Below are positions 45,039 to 59,454 of a stretch of 64,000 nucleotides of DNA, piece by piece. Below the pieces are notes generated by a model. The model worked only from the letters and a program-made list of their open reading frames with translations, did not search any database and had not been told where the DNA came from. The DNA comes from Macrostomum lignano (taxonomy: Eukaryota): positions 62,001 to 126,000 of the forward strand of contig NIVC01002277.1 in the NCBI GenBank assembly GCA_002269645.1. The letters are read 5' to 3'. Both the position numbers and the translations under genes were made by a program. Position 1 is the first letter of the stretch. Each line of letters begins with the position of its first letter.

Positions 45039-45483
45039 GTTGCTGCGCCACCCACCACGGCGGACAAAACTTCAGGTGGGGGCCCAACAGGCCAGAGCGG
45101 CTCCTGTGGCTAGTTAGCTATTTAGCAATTGTTTCCATCTCTGGAAGCAGAAATGCATTCACCGGCATTAATTGGAGAGAGAGAGAGAGGAGGAGTCTGT
45201 TGCAGTTACCATTTATTTCCCCTCGAGCTAAAAACGGTGGGATCTGAAAAATGGATGCTAAGTAATGAAGAGGCGGATCTGCTCCTACTAATACAATGAT
45301 AGAATGCACTTTATTGCACATTACTAGTAAATACATGACGATCTTAACCTTAATTTCTTGTAAAAAGCGGAGTCTTGCTTCATTCACTTCTTACTGTTCC
45401 AGCCTCTGCGGCAGCCGCTGTACCAAACTGCACGAGGAACTGTGTACGACTGTGCATCTGGTGAGCTTCGGGTACTGTTGCTG

Positions 45484-45950
<467 letters not shown>

Positions 45951-46416
45951 TGTACTGATTATAAAATAATTGTCAGTTAGAGAATTACTTACGCACGGCT
46001 GATTATCAAGCCAACTGGGCGCACAGAGTGGCTCACAGCAGGTCTCCTTCCTTTTGAGCTGAATGCCTGGCTGGCTCCAGACAGAGAGAAAGGAGCAGCG
46101 GTGCTGTAGCGGCCATCGTCAGGCTCAAGCGCGCCTTACCCCGTGCCGATGAATCAGTGCTAGAAAACGCAAATTGCCAACGCTTCAGTAGGCATTGGGA
46201 GGTTCGGGCACTGAGCATTGAATGCTATGGAAAGCAGCTTCCAAGGCCTGAGCAAGCAGCGGGGATATTAAATAGAACAGGGAGCTGTATAAGCCCTCAC
46301 TTTGAGTCAAATAAACTTTCCGACTGGTTAGGTCATCAGATTAAGCTCAGGGTAGGCTAAATCACTACTGAATATTAGTTTGTGTAAGTTCCTACATAAT
46401 TGTAGATTGAGAACGA

Positions 46417-46580
46417 CTGTGTCTCTGAGCAGGTCTCATTGTGTCTCTGAGCAGGTCTCATTGTGTCTCTGAGTAGGTCTCACTGTGTCTCTGAGCAGGT
46501 CTCACTGTGTCTCTGAGCAGGTCTCATTGTGTCTCTGAGCAGGTCTCATTGTGTCTCTGAGCAGGACTCATTGTGTCTCA
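46417..46580. repeat. 22-bp minisatellite (GTGTCTCTGAGCAGGTCTCATT)
   Basis: Direct reading. Confidence 0.9.
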
Positions 46581-47312
46581 AAATCTGATCAACTTTCTTC
46601 GACCAATTTTAATGAGAGCCTCAGCCAAAACACTTAGAAGCCATTTTGTTCGCTGGGATATCCAACATCGGCTGCTGTAAGCTGAGCCTCCTAATTTAAT
46701 CCGCCTCTTTCTTCCCTCTCCTCATTTCTCTGCAGCTCTTTTTCCTTGCAGTCTGTTTGCTGAAACAACACGAGGCCCAGCGAGAAGGCAAAGAGTGGGT
46801 AAGGGGGTTAGCACAGGAACTGAAGCTAAAAAATATTCGTTCCGAAAGCTGGCAACAAGGGACTCAAAACACAAGGACTCAAGGGCTGAGAAGAATCGCA
46901 GGGCTCTCTAACTCTTCCGTCTGGTCAGTCTCCTTCATCACTCTGCTAAACTTGAGCAGTTCTCAAAGAAATTCAGAATGTTTACCAGTCACTGACTGGT
47001 TTGCTGGCTTGAATAATAAAACATTAGCGGAAACTGGCATTTAATTACAGGAATATAGGATGGAGAGCTAGATGCGGGTGCATTTTTGTATGTAATTGCA
47101 TAGGGACTACCGCTTTCACTATATTCTGAGTATTTACTTGTCAGTAAATATCTGTTTTTGGTTGTCTTATTATATTTTCTGTGCATTTATCCTCTGTGTT
47201 TGTTCTCTGTTTTTTATTGTGTTTGTCCCATGTCTCTGTCTTTTTGTCCACTGTTTCAGTCTGTTTGTCTTCTGTCTCTGTGTTAGCTTTATGTCTCTGT
47301 CTGGGTTTGTCC

Positions 47313-47665
<353 letters not shown>

Positions 47666-48407
47666 GTGTTTTCCCTCTGTCTGTGTCTGTTTCTTTAATC
47701 TGTCTGTTTCTGTGTTAGTCCCCTGTCTGTGTCTGTGTTTTTCCTTTGTCTGTGTCAGCTGAACAGCTGTACAGATAAAGAACAGCTTATCCCATCGTTA
47801 AAAAGAGCTAACCAGTTGGATGAGATGGGTCCAGTCCTTCTGACTCTATTTTTGAGATTTCTCAGCCGTTTAGGATTTGGCTTGAGGATTGTTGCCTCAA
47901 GATCTCTGACCCGACTTCTTCGACTAATTTCTCTCAGCATCTCTGACTCCATCTATCCATCCATCTTTCCTGTGTCTCCAATTTCTTGCGGAGCGGAGGA
48001 ATCGGGGGGTTGCTATTAAGAAGCTAGTTTTCATTTCAGACCCCTCAGCTGCTCTCTCACCCTCCCGGTCTCATGTGGAGAATTCGGGAAGAAATTGTAG
48101 CAGCAGCTTCAGCGTAAAAATTCCTTCATAGGGAGTTTTACAACTTTTGTGCAACAGCAACACCGAATAAAATTATCTTGCCTTTTAGCCTGAGCCTTGA
48201 CTGAAAAGAGATAGGCAGTGAATGTAGCAATGGATTGTGTGGCCATGGACTGACCTGGTTTCACACTGTACAGAAACTGCTACACTACTGATTCCCACCT
48301 GTTAGCTGTCTCCTACTTATATCCCAGACTCATAAAAAGCCTGGGATATAAGTACAAGTTGCTACAAGTTTGAAACAGAATGCTATGGTATTTCTGAGTA
48401 ACTTGGA

Positions 48408-48824
48408 GAATAGAATAGAACAGAATAGAATAGAATAGAATAGAATGAATAGAATAGAATAGAATAGAATAGAATAGAATAGAATAGAATAGAATAGAAT
48501 GGAATAGAATAGAATAGAATAGAATAGAATAGAATAGAATGGAATAGAATAGAATAGAATAGAATAGAATAGAATAGAATATAATAGAATAGAATAGAAT
48601 AGAATAGAATAGAATAGAATAGAATAGAATAGAATAGAATAGAATAGAATAGAATAGAATAGAATAGAATAGAATAGAATAGAATAGAATAGAATAGAAT
48701 AGAATAGAATAGAATAGAATAGAATAGAATAGAATAGAATAGAATAGAATAGAATAGAATAGAATAGAATAGAATAGAATAGAATAGAATAGAATAGAAT
48801 AGAATAGAATAGAATAGAATAGAA
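48408..48824. repeat. (AATAG)n microsatellite
   Basis: Direct reading. Confidence 0.97.
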
Positions 48825-49373
48825 TTGGCCCGTGGGGGGGTACTCAAATACTTTCGACAGTCAGGCAGAATCAGTCAGGAACTTGCAAAGAAGCAAAGCA
48901 AATGGATTCCAGTCTTGGGAGTACAGAAAACTGCTCCCAGCGTGGAAGCAAATGGAGGGATATCTTGTTACGCCCATATCCCCCCAAGGCCCCAAGCCTG
49001 CTCTTGGCCGCTTGCGACCACGGGGGGGACTCCTGAGCCATGCCTCACTGAGTGTAACTTTATATCTTTTCCCTGGCACTGATCTCAAATCGCAGTCGCA
49101 ATCTGCCAACAGGGCCATTCATTCAAAATTGGGAGACGGAAAGACAAAGCTTCAAAGCTTGGTAGACTCTTGTTGTCACAACTTGAGTCCTTTGAGTTCT
49201 CGAATTCGTTCCTTATTTACTATATGCATGTGCAGCAGTGGGTCACGGAGACTCAAGCTAAGATAGCTGTGTAGGAAGCAGAGCTTTGACTTGGGCAGTT
49301 CAACCTCCACAACAGCTTTTTTCAATCTCAAAGAATAGAAGACGGATAGAATCAGATTTAAGCTATGACAGTT

Positions 49374-51559
49374 TCTAAGATTCCGTAGCTCTAAGATTCC
49401 GTAGCTCTAGGATTCCGTAGCTCTAAGATTCCGTAGCTCTAGGATTCCGTAGCTCTAGGATTCCGTAGCTCTAGGATTCCGTAGCTCTAGGATTCCGTAG
49501 CTCTAGGATTCCGTAGCTCTAGGATTCCGTAGCTCTAGGATTCCGTAGCTCTAGAATTACATAGCTCTAGGATTCCGTAGCTCTAGAATTACGTAGCTCT
49601 AGGATTCCGTAGCTCTAGGATTCCGTAGCTCTAGGATTCCGTAGCTCTAGGATTCCGTAGCTCTAGAATTACATAGCTCTAGGATTCCGTAGCTCTAGAA
49701 TTACGCAGCTCTAGGATTCCGTAGCTCTGGAATTACGCAGCTCTAGGATTCCGTAGCTCTAGTATTCCGTAGCTCTAGGATTCCGTAGCTCTAGAATTAC
49801 GTAGCTCTAGAATTACGTAGCTCTAGAATTACGTAGCTCTAGAATTACGTAGCTCTAAGATTCCGTAGCTCTAGAATTACGTAGCTCTAGGATTCCGTAG
49901 CTCTAGGATTCCGTAGCTCTAGGATTCCGTAGCTCTAGGATTCCGTAGCTCTAGGATTCCGTAGCTCTAGAATTACATAGCTCTAGGATTCCGTAGCTCT
50001 AGAATTACGTAGCTCTAGGATTCCGTAGCTCTAGGATTCCGTAGCTCTAGGATTCCGTAGCTCTAGGATTCCGTAGCTCTAGAATTACGTAGCTCTAGAA
50101 TTACGTAGCTCTAGGATTCCGTAGCTCTATAATTACGTAGCTCTAGGATTCCGTAGCTCTAAGATTCCGTAGCTCTAGAATTACGCAGCTCTAGGATTCC
50201 GTAGCTCTAGGATTCCGTAGCTCTAAGATTCCGTAGCTCTAGAATTACGTAGCTCTAGGATTCCGTAGCTCTAAGATTCCGTAGCTCTAGAATTACGTAG
50301 CTCTAGGATTCCGTAGCTCTAGGATTCCGTAGCTCTAAGATTCCGTAGCTCTAGAATTACGTAGCTCTAGGATTCCGTAGCTCTAGAATTACATAGCTCT
50401 AGGATTCCGTAGCTCTAGGATTCCGTAGCTCTAGGATTCCGTAGCTCTAGGATTCCGTAGCTCTAGGATTCCGTAGCTCTAGGATTCCGTAGCTCTAGGA
50501 TTCCGTAGCTCTAGGATTCCGTAGCTCTAGGATTCCGTAGCTCTAGGATTCCGTAGCTCTAGGATTCCGTAGCTCTAGAATTACATAGCTCTAGGATTCC
50601 GTAGCTCTAGAATTACGTAGCTCTAGGATTCCGTAGCTCTAAGATTCCGTATCTCTAGGATTCCGTAGCTCTAGAATTACGCAGCTCTAGGATTCCGTAG
50701 CTCTAAGATTCCGTAGCTCTAGAATTACGTAGCTCTAGGATTCCGTAGCTCTAGGATTCCGTAGCTCTAGGATTCCGTAGCTCTAGGATTCCGTAGCTCT
50801 AGGATTCCGTAGCTCTAGGATTCCGTAGCTCTAGGATTCCGTAGCTCTAGGATTCCGTAGCTCTAGGATTCCGTAGCTCTAGGATTCCGTAGCTCTAGGA
50901 TTCCGTAGCTCTAGGATTCCGTAGCTCTAGGATTCCGTAGCTCTAGGATTCCGTAGCTCTAGGATTCCGTAGCTCTAGGATTCCGTAGCTCTAGGATTCC
51001 GTAGCTCTAGGATTCCGTAGCTCTAGGATTCCGTAGCTCTAGGATTCCGTAGCTCTAGGATTCCGTAGCTCTAGGATTCCGTAGCTCTAGGATTCCGTAG
51101 CTCTAGGATTCCGTAGCTCTAGGATTCCGTAGCTCTAGGATTCCGTAGCTCTAGGATTCCGTAGCTCTAGAATTACATAGCTCTAGGATTCCGTAGCTCT
51201 AGAATTACGTAGCTCTAGGATTCCGTAGCTCTAAGATTCCGTATCTCTAGGATTCCGTAGCTCTAGAATTACGCAGCTCTAGGATTCCGTAGCTCTAAGA
51301 TTCCGTAGCTCTAGAATTACGTAGCTCTAGGATTCCGTAGCTCTAGGATTCCGTAGCTCTAGGATTCCGTAGCTCTAGGATTCCGTAGCTCTAGGATTCC
51401 GTAGCTCTAGGATTCCGTAGCTCTAGGATTCCGTAGCTCTAGGATTCCGTAGCTCTAGGATTCCGTAGCTCTAGGATTCCGTAGCTCTAGGATTCCGTAG
51501 CTCTAGGATTCCGTAGCTCTAGGATTCCGTAGCTCTAGGATTCCGTAGCTCTAGGATTC
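49374..51559. repeat. 16-bp minisatellite (CTCTAGGATTCCGTAG / CTCTAGAATTACGTAG), 2.2 kb
   Basis: Direct reading; an internal block is duplicated (about 50580-50960 vs about 51170-51550). Confidence 0.97.
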
Positions 51560-51643
51560 AATAGACCACTCCCTGGGACTCTCTGTCTCTGAAGAAATCT
51601 TACTATTAGTAAGTCTTAATCGACCCTCAACTCTCCATTGCAG

Positions 51644-51901
51644 ACTATTTCCCCAATAAGACCTCCGGCCGAGGGGCCTACGACCTTCAGCATCAGCAGC
51701 AGCCACCGCCACCGTGCGCCTACAGAACCTTCGTTTCTAACAAGCACCTGTACCAGACTCTGCAGCAACAACAGCAGCAACAGCAACAGCAGCAACAGGT
51801 CTCAGGCTTGAACAGGCGTTCGCTGCACCACTCCGAATCGGATTTGGTTGCCCTGGGAGACACGCCCAGGAAACCGAAGCAGTCATACGAGAACATGGAA
51901 C

Positions 51902-51936
<35 letters not shown>

Positions 51937-52044
51937 CAGAGAGAGCCGCTGCTGCCAGCCACGAGTCGCAGTCTGCACACTCTGCGGCTGGGCCAGGAGA
52001 ATCCCTTGAAGCCCTATCCCTCCGTGCAGGCCAGCTACGTTTGA
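51644..52044 (+). CDS. Probable terminal exon of the protocadherin (polyQ tail, C-terminal QASYV*)
   Basis: Acceptor CTCTCCATTGCAG, then an open frame YFPNKTSGRGAYDLQHQQQPPPPCAYRTFVSNKHLYQTL(Q)n...(Q)n...PYPSVQASYV*, ending in a class I PDZ-type S-x-V. It needs a phase-1 upstream donor, so at least one intervening exon is unresolved. Confidence 0.55.
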
Positions 52045-52842
52045 ACTCGACTGCTTCTAAAAATAGCATCATCTAGCAATGATTCTTTATCGGAGACAGA
52101 CAGATTGCAATGATTGGCTGAAACTCCTAGTGTTGCTAAAAATAACCAGGGTAATCCCTATCTATAAGGAGTTTTAAAATTTATGAAAAATCCTTAATGT
52201 GATTTCCTTAATTTTCTAAATATAGACAACGTAGATTATTTCTAAAAATATATGGGGATTCCCTTTCACAAAGATGGGTAATGTGTCTGAAAGATAGTCG
52301 GGCAGTCTCAACAAAGGTTAGAGGCCACTATTAAATGAAGTATTTACTAAATTTCTGTTTAATATTTTTACTTCATTATATTTTAATCGAAGTTTCTCGT
52401 GTCCGTTATTATTAACCTAGATCTCCAAGGTGCTGTTTAAATTAATCTGTTTTTAGTTAATACAAATATGACTTATACAAGCCAAAATAAAGTGAAGTAG
52501 TTAATTTATTATGAATTTTCTTAATCTTTTAATATTATCTGTAAATTATAGTATACCCTGCTGTTTTCTGTCTTCAAACGATAGAATTGTTAATTTGTTA
52601 TAACTCTCTGATCTCTGCTGCATCTTTTGCCGTTGTCAATTTTTTATCTTTGCTTTATTTGATAAATTTGCTTGTACCACTGTATTCCGCTCTGTCGTTC
52701 TGAACTTCTAAAAAAATAAATAGTTGCATAAAGTCATGTACAGTTTTCAAATGTATTTATTCATGAGAATGTTTTCAATGTAATTTGAATATTTCTAATG
52801 CATTGATAAACTGTTACACGATTGTGTTGGTTACGATGGACA

Positions 52843-53311
52843 AGGCTACTGCCTGAGAGGGTGGGTATTTCCTGAGAGGCTACTGCCTGAGAGGGTGGGT
52901 ATTTCCTCAGAGGCTACTGCCTGAGAGGGTGGGTATTTCCTCAGAGGCTACTGCCTGAGAGGGTGGGTATTTCCTCAGAGGCTACTGCCTGAGAGGGTGG
53001 GTATTTCCTCAGAGGCTACTGCCTGAGAGGGTGGGTATTTCCTCAGAGGCTACTGCCTGAGAGGGTGGGTATTTCCTCAGAGGCTACTGCCTGAGAGAGG
53101 ATGGGTATTTCCTGAGAGGCTACTGCCTGAGAGGGTGGGTATTTCCTCAGAGGCTACTGCCTGAGAGGGTGGGTATTTCCTGAGAGGCTACTGCCTGAGA
53201 GGGTGGGTAGTTCCTCAGAGGCTACTGCCTGAGAGGGTGGGTATTTCCTGAGAGGCTACCGCCTGAGAGGGTGGGTATTTCCTCAGAGGCTACCGCCTGA
53301 GAGGGTATTTC
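52843..53311. repeat. 34-bp minisatellite (GAGGCTACTGCCTGAGAGGGTGGGTATTTCCTCA)
   Basis: Direct reading. Confidence 0.95.
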
Positions 53312-54878
53312 GTCAGACTCAAAGCCGTGAACAGTCTGATGACCTTACTAATACTAACTACCACGAATTTTGCATCCGTATCTCAGTTTGATACATGCAC
53401 CGCTTGGTAGAGGCTGACACTATAGCTGAGTCGAAATTGAGTTCTCTAATAGCTCCTTCTATTGCAGTAACGATGTATCGCTTGCAAGCTCAGCATGTTC
53501 AGAATACAAGTCGGCTATGCAAGAATTTATCCCTAACCCTAAACTAATGAGAGCCTCCCAGGACAGGACCGCCGTTCCTTTCCCCATCTGGTATCATCCC
53601 TGATGTTTGCTAATTGAATTTTGAGTCTCCAGCGGTGGCAAATCGGATCAAATAAAATCAAGAGGATCAGGGAGAACCGACTGAGTCTGGATTCTGAAAT
53701 CTGGGCCGGCCGGAGACGCGCACAGAGGTGAGATCGATAATTTGCTAAACCCCTCGGATCGGGCAGACCATTGCCACGGAGACTGTTTGGGATGCAGAGT
53801 TCAGATTTATTCAACAATTCGTGCGGGAGGGAGCCCTGCCCTCTTGTCCGTCAGCTGGGTCTGCGGAATCTGCTTTAGGTGGGCTTTTTTGCATATTAAT
53901 TATTAATTAGCGTAGAACGGCGGGTTTTAGGGGAGGGGGGCCTAGACAGGTATCCTGCGAGAAGGATGGGATGGAGCTGATGCGGGGTCTAGCTAATTCC
54001 TGTGTTGGTTTATTGACTGCGGGATGAGCAACAGGGGGGGGGGGGTGATGGTAGCGGCTCTGCGGCATACCAAATAGGAACTGACTGACTGGAGATGCAA
54101 GGATAGCAGCAGAGGTATTGAGAGAGAGACATCAACCGCCCCAAAGTCTGCATGGAATACTAACTGATCCGTTGCATCTGGCAAGTTGTTGCCAAAGCAC
54201 AACTCAAAATATCCACTAGGATTAATTCCAGGTTGAATATACCAAGGATAGATTTAGAATTCCATGCCTCTCTATGGGTACTCAAAAGGGGAAGAACTAA
54301 CTACCTGTGGGAGATGAGAAGTCATCTCTGGGCTGCTGGTGACCCGCAGCCAGCAGCAGCGGGGGGGGACAAATTCTGCTGGTATAGCCCGCATCCGCCA
54401 GCAGCAGTATGTCAGATAAAACCGGCAGATAATGCAGCCTCATATGCAACAGTGTCAGGTAGGCTGCTGAGCTCTTCCCATCGCGCATAGATACGATGGG
54501 ATATTTCATTTGAACCCTGTCTCCCCTGCCTCTTCAAAAAATTAATTTAACGGTCTCTCTCTCTCTCTCCTGAGCAGAGAGGTGGCTCAGCGACTCCTCA
54601 GTCAAGTGCAGGGGGGAGCAGCAGTGTAATTATAAAGCATAAAGCAGGCGGCCGACCGACCGCGATAAAATAACTCACCAATGCTTGGATACATCCCATT
54701 GCCACTGAATCCGAAACAAAAACTTGTAAACTCCGATGGCTAAATTTGCAGATTGGTCTGAGTTTATGCGAAATCTTTTAAATCTTAACTTATCGTAAAC
54801 TTTGTTTGAATGAATCAATTATTGTAAACTTGGTGTCTCATTTTAAAAGCCGAATAAATTTTAAAGTAGAATGGGTCG

Positions 54879-55169
54879 CCATCATAAGCTCGAAAAATCA
54901 CATCGTCGAAAACAAGGCTCCATCACAAGCTCGAAAAGTCACAAGCTCGAAAACAAGGCTCCATCACAAGCTCGAAAAGTCACAAGCTCTAACCCTAACC
55001 CTAAGGCACCAGTACCCTAGCCTAACCCTGAACCATAACCCTAAGGCACTAACCCTAACCACAACCCTAACCCTAACCCTAAGACACAAGTTCTAACCCT
55101 AACCCTATTTGAGCTTGTGATGGTTGCTAAATCAGTTTTCGACGATATGATTTTTCGAGCTTGTGATGG
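54879..55169. mobile_element. MITE-like element with 35-bp TIRs enclosing degenerate (CCCTAA)n telomere-like repeats
   Basis: CCATCATAAGCTCGAAAAATCACATCGTCGAAAAC (54879-54913) vs GTTTTCGACGATATGATTTTTCGAGCTTGTGATGG (55135-55169), 33/35 complementary. CTAACC-type repeats lie at about 54988-55107. Confidence 0.75.
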
Positions 55170-55175
55170 GCCTTG

Positions 55176-55310
55176 TGGTGTGAGCGTGTGTGTGAGTGCA
55201 TGCCAGAGTACAGTATTGGCGCGCTTGAATGTGCTCAGGACTCAGCGGAACGGGGCAGAATTGCCTCAGCGCTGGCTGTGGGATCATGTGGCCGAAGGTG
55301 TTGCACAACT
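55176..55310 (+). mobile_element. Dispersed hairpin element, copy E (3' part)
   Basis: GTGTGAGCGTGTGTGTGAGTGCATGCCAGAGTACAGTATTGGCGCGCTTG...GCTCAGGACTCAGCGGAACGGG...GCCTCAGCGCTGG...GCCGAAGGTGTTGCAC. Confidence 0.75.
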
Positions 55311-56147
55311 TTCAAAAGTTCCGTAAAGACAGAACGCTTCAAACTGACAGAAGTTACGATATAGATTTAATAAAAGCTCACGCAGAAACTACAACAGATA
55401 AACTGTTAAACATTTCTGACTCTAAGCAAGAGTTACCACTCCAAATTCTGGATGTGAGCGTCCTTGACTCACCTCCTCAACCCGGGGGCAAGGCCCATCT
55501 GTAAGTTTCAAAAAATTTATATCGCAATTTTTTGCTACATTTGCTGTTGTAAAATGCAAATTCATTTTTTCCAACCAAACCCTACGGAAGATCGTGCAGA
55601 AAAAATATGAAAAAATGGATTCCTTTGCGTTCGAAGTTTTTTCTTAAAAATTATTCCACTGATGGACTCAGTGCCGATAGACCTGCAGGAATAAATAAGA
55701 GAACAATTTTTCAACTCTTCCCATTTTAAATAAGTCTTTTTCGGGCAAGCAAAATTCATTTCTCAATCATTTAGAAATTGGAAATTCAAGATGAAAATTT
55801 CAATCAAATACACTAAATACTACTGACTAAGTCTTGTTAGTAGTGCATGTCGAACATTAAGCTTGAAGAAGTATTTTTTAAGCAACGTAAATCTTAATTT
55901 GTCAAGTTCCTTTTCAATTTGCGTAGTAACCTTTTCCTTTCTGCTTCGTCCGCTCTGAAATTCGTTTTTTGCTAAAAAAATAATGAGAGACAGCTGTGTG
56001 AATCGTAGGTCTGCTCCACAGGACAAGCTGGAGCTCTGCTATTCACTGTTATATCCAGCTTGGCAGCTTGTCTTCTGCTGGCTCTCTACAGCCTGCGTCG
56101 CGATTGAGATGCCTAAGTTTATTGCAAATCCTGGTGGATAGATTGAG

Positions 56148-56456
56148 CATTGAGTTTGAGTGTGAGTATGAGCATGAGCATGAGCATGAGCATGAGCATG
56201 AGCATGAGCATGAGCATGAGTATGAGTATGAGTATGAGAATGAGTATGAGTATGAGCATGAGTATGAGCATGAGCATGAGTATGAGCATGAGTATGAGCA
56301 TGAGCATGAGTATGAGCATGAGCATGAGATGAGTATGAGCATGAGTATGAGCATGAGCATGAGCATGAGCATGAGTATGAGTATGAGTATGAGTATGAGT
56401 ATGAGCATGAGCATGAGTATGAGCATGAGCATGAGTATGAGCATGAGCATGAGCAT
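56148..56456. repeat. (TGAGCA/TGAGTA)n hexanucleotide repeat
   Basis: Direct reading. Confidence 0.95.
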
Positions 56457-56964
56457 ACAGTAAAGACGCACCCAGCCTCCCATTTGCCCCTCATCTGAAA
56501 GCTCAGTTCAAATTATGGATATTTTTAAAAGCAATTGACGATTTGCCATTGCTTGCTAGTATTTTATGTTTCAGCGCCCAAAGGAAGAGGATTAGTGGAT
56601 CAGATTAGCCATCTTGCTTTTAGCTTTGATGCTTTCAAGCAAACGGAAATGGCACACCTGATGCAGTGCGGCAGCACCTGCATCCATGCCGCCCCCAGCC
56701 TCACACTTACACCCGACAGGACATACTGTCTTCTGCTTTCATATCCGTTCGCAAAATAGGCAATCAAAATTTCTGGCAGCAAATTGGGATTTGGGATTTG
56801 TTTGTAAGTGGGATAAAAATAGCTACACCAGAGTGGGGAGATCAAGGGAGAATGCGTGAGAGCAGACAGTGACGATACTCAGCTGATACTTAGAAATATT
56901 GACTCTGCAAATTAACAATTTTTATTAAAACAATCGCAACTGCAACAGGAATTGTCGTGCAATT

Positions 56965-57058
56965 CACAGCCATGACGGCCAGCCCCCTAAGGCGCAGAGA
57001 GAGTACATGTCTGACGATTAGAAAGTCAGGGCCGCTGTGCACCCTGTGTGAGCGTGTG
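56965..57058 (+). mobile_element. Dispersed hairpin element, copy F (5' part)
   Basis: CACAGCCATGACGGCCAGCCCCCTAAGGCGCAGAGAGAGTACATGTCTGACGATTAGAAAGTCAGGGCCGCTGTGCACCCTGTGTGAGCGTGTG. Confidence 0.75.
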
Positions 57059-57059
57059 A

Positions 57060-57578
57060 TCATTTATCCACAAATATCCACCAACTATTATCATTTATCC
57101 ACAGATATCCACCAACTATAATCATTTATCCACAAATATCCACCAACTATTATCAGTTATCCACAAATATCCACCAACTATAATCATTTATCCACAAATA
57201 TCCACCAACTATTATCAGTTATCCACAAATATCCACCAACTATAATCATTTATCCACAAATATCCACCAACTATTATCAGTTATCCACAAATATCCACTA
57301 ACTACTATCAGTTATCCACAAATGTCCACCAACTATTATTAGTTATCCACAAATATCCACCAACTATTATCAGTTATCCACAAATATCCACTAACTATTA
57401 TTAGTTATCCACAAATATCCACCAACTATTATCAGTTATCCACAAATATCCACCAACTATTATCAGTTATCCACAAATATCCACCAACTATTATCAGTTA
57501 TCCACAAATATCCACCAACTATTATCAGTTATCCACAAATATCCACCAACTATTATCAGTTATCCACAAATATCCACC
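57060..57578. repeat. 31-bp minisatellite (TTATCCACAAATATCCACCAACTATTATCAG), 17 units
   Basis: Direct reading. Confidence 0.95.
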
Positions 57579-57949
57579 CCAATTACCAGCTAAATGCATA
57601 TCTGCAATGAAATCGAGTTGAAAATGAATTGCTGTACTTTTATGTCACAAAACGAGCGCGAATGCGAGTCAACGCACACCTTTATTGAATTGCAGTTAGC
57701 GGGCATCTCAGAGGCCGCTAAGGATGTTGCAGAATTAGCATTTGTCAGAAGTGCAGAATACAGTAAGCGGCTGGCAAACAGAAGCAAAGAGAACAGTACA
57801 GTACAGCGTTAGTACAGTGGGACTAGATGTTGGTAAAAGTACTTTACGAGCGTACTTTGGTTTGTAATAGACAATAGGGTAATTTTATGGGGTCCATGGC
57901 AGTATTAAAGTTTCCTGAGAGCGCAAAAAATTATAGGGCTTCCGTGGAT

Positions 57950-59100
57950 TGGGTGTTAGATGTTTGGGGTGTCAGATGGTTGGGGTGTCAGATGGTTGGG
58001 GTGTTAGATGTTTGGGGTGTCATATGTTGGGGTTTTAGATGGTTGGGGTGTCAGATGGTTGGGGTGTCAGATGGTTGGGGTGTCAGATGGTTGGGGTGTC
58101 AGATGGTTGGGGTGTCAGATGGTTGGGGTTTCAGATGGTTGGGGTGTCAGATGGTTGGGGTGTCAGATGGTTGGGTGTCAGATGGTTGGGGTGTCAGATG
58201 GTTGGGGTGTCAGATGGTTGGTGTGTCAGATGGTTGGGTGTCAGATGGTTGGGGTGTCAGATGGTTGGGGTGTCAGATGGTTGGGTTGTCAGATTTTTAG
58301 GGTGTCAGATGGTTGGGGTGTCAGATGGTTGGGATGTCAGATGGTTGGGGTGTCATATAGTTGGGGTGTCAGATAGTTGGGATGTCATATAGTTAGGGTG
58401 TCAGATAGTTGGGATGTCATATAGTTAGGGTGTCAGATGGTTGGGATGTCATATAGTTGTGGTGTCAGATGCTTGGGGTGTCAGATGCTTGGGGTGTCAG
58501 ATGGTTGGGATGTCAGATGGTTGGGATGTCAGATGGTTGGGGTGTCAGATGGTTGGGGTGTCAGATGGTTGGGATGTCAGATGGTTGGGGTGTCATATAG
58601 TTGGGGTGTCAGATGGTTGGGGTGTCAGATGGTTGGTGTGTCAGATGGTTGGGTGTCAGATGGTTGGGGTGTCAGATGGTTGGGGTGTCAGATGGTTGGG
58701 TTGTCAGATTTTTAGGGTGTCAGATGGTTGGGGTGTCAGATGGTTGGGATGTCAGATGGTTGGGGTGTCATATAGTTGGGGTGTCAGATAGTTGGGATGT
58801 CATATAGTTAGGGTGTCAGATAGTTGGGATGTCATATAGTTAGGGTGTCAGATGGTTGGGATGTCATATAGTTGTGGTGTCAGATGCTTGGGGTGTCAGA
58901 TGCTTGGGGTGTCAGATGGTTGGGATGTCAGATGGTTGGGATGTCAGATGGTTGGGGTGTCAGATGGTTGGGGTGTCAGATGGTTGGGATGTCAGATGGT
59001 TGGGGTGTCATATAGTTGGGGTGTCAGATAGTTGGGATGTCATATAGTTGGGGTGTCAGATCGAACAGAATTCTGTCAGAAGATAGATTGGGGTGTCAGG
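57950..59100. repeat. 16-bp minisatellite (TCAGATGGTTGGGGTG) with an internal block duplication of about 0.4 kb
   Basis: Direct reading. Confidence 0.95.
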
Positions 59101-59454
59101 TAGGACGCGGCAGAAGCCACTCACATGTAGTTGTGAGGAGGGTAACATTAACACAGGCTAATAGTACATTACAGATTGCACTGTTGCAGTGCTAGCAATG
59201 AGCATTCTAAAAATTGGCGACAGGAATTAACCGACACAAAATTGTTTGGACAACTACGTGCGCCACGGCCGCATTTAAAAAATTTTGATTTATAAAAAAA
59301 TAGCGATTACTTCAAGCGCAAAGCACAATAATTGGAATAAATTATAATTTTTTGAAGCGTTTAGCAGGGAAAGAACTTATAATGTTTTTAAATTTTAAAT
59401 TAATAATTCCTGGAAAAATAATGCACCATATGGCGCAAGGGAGAGAGGCCGCAT

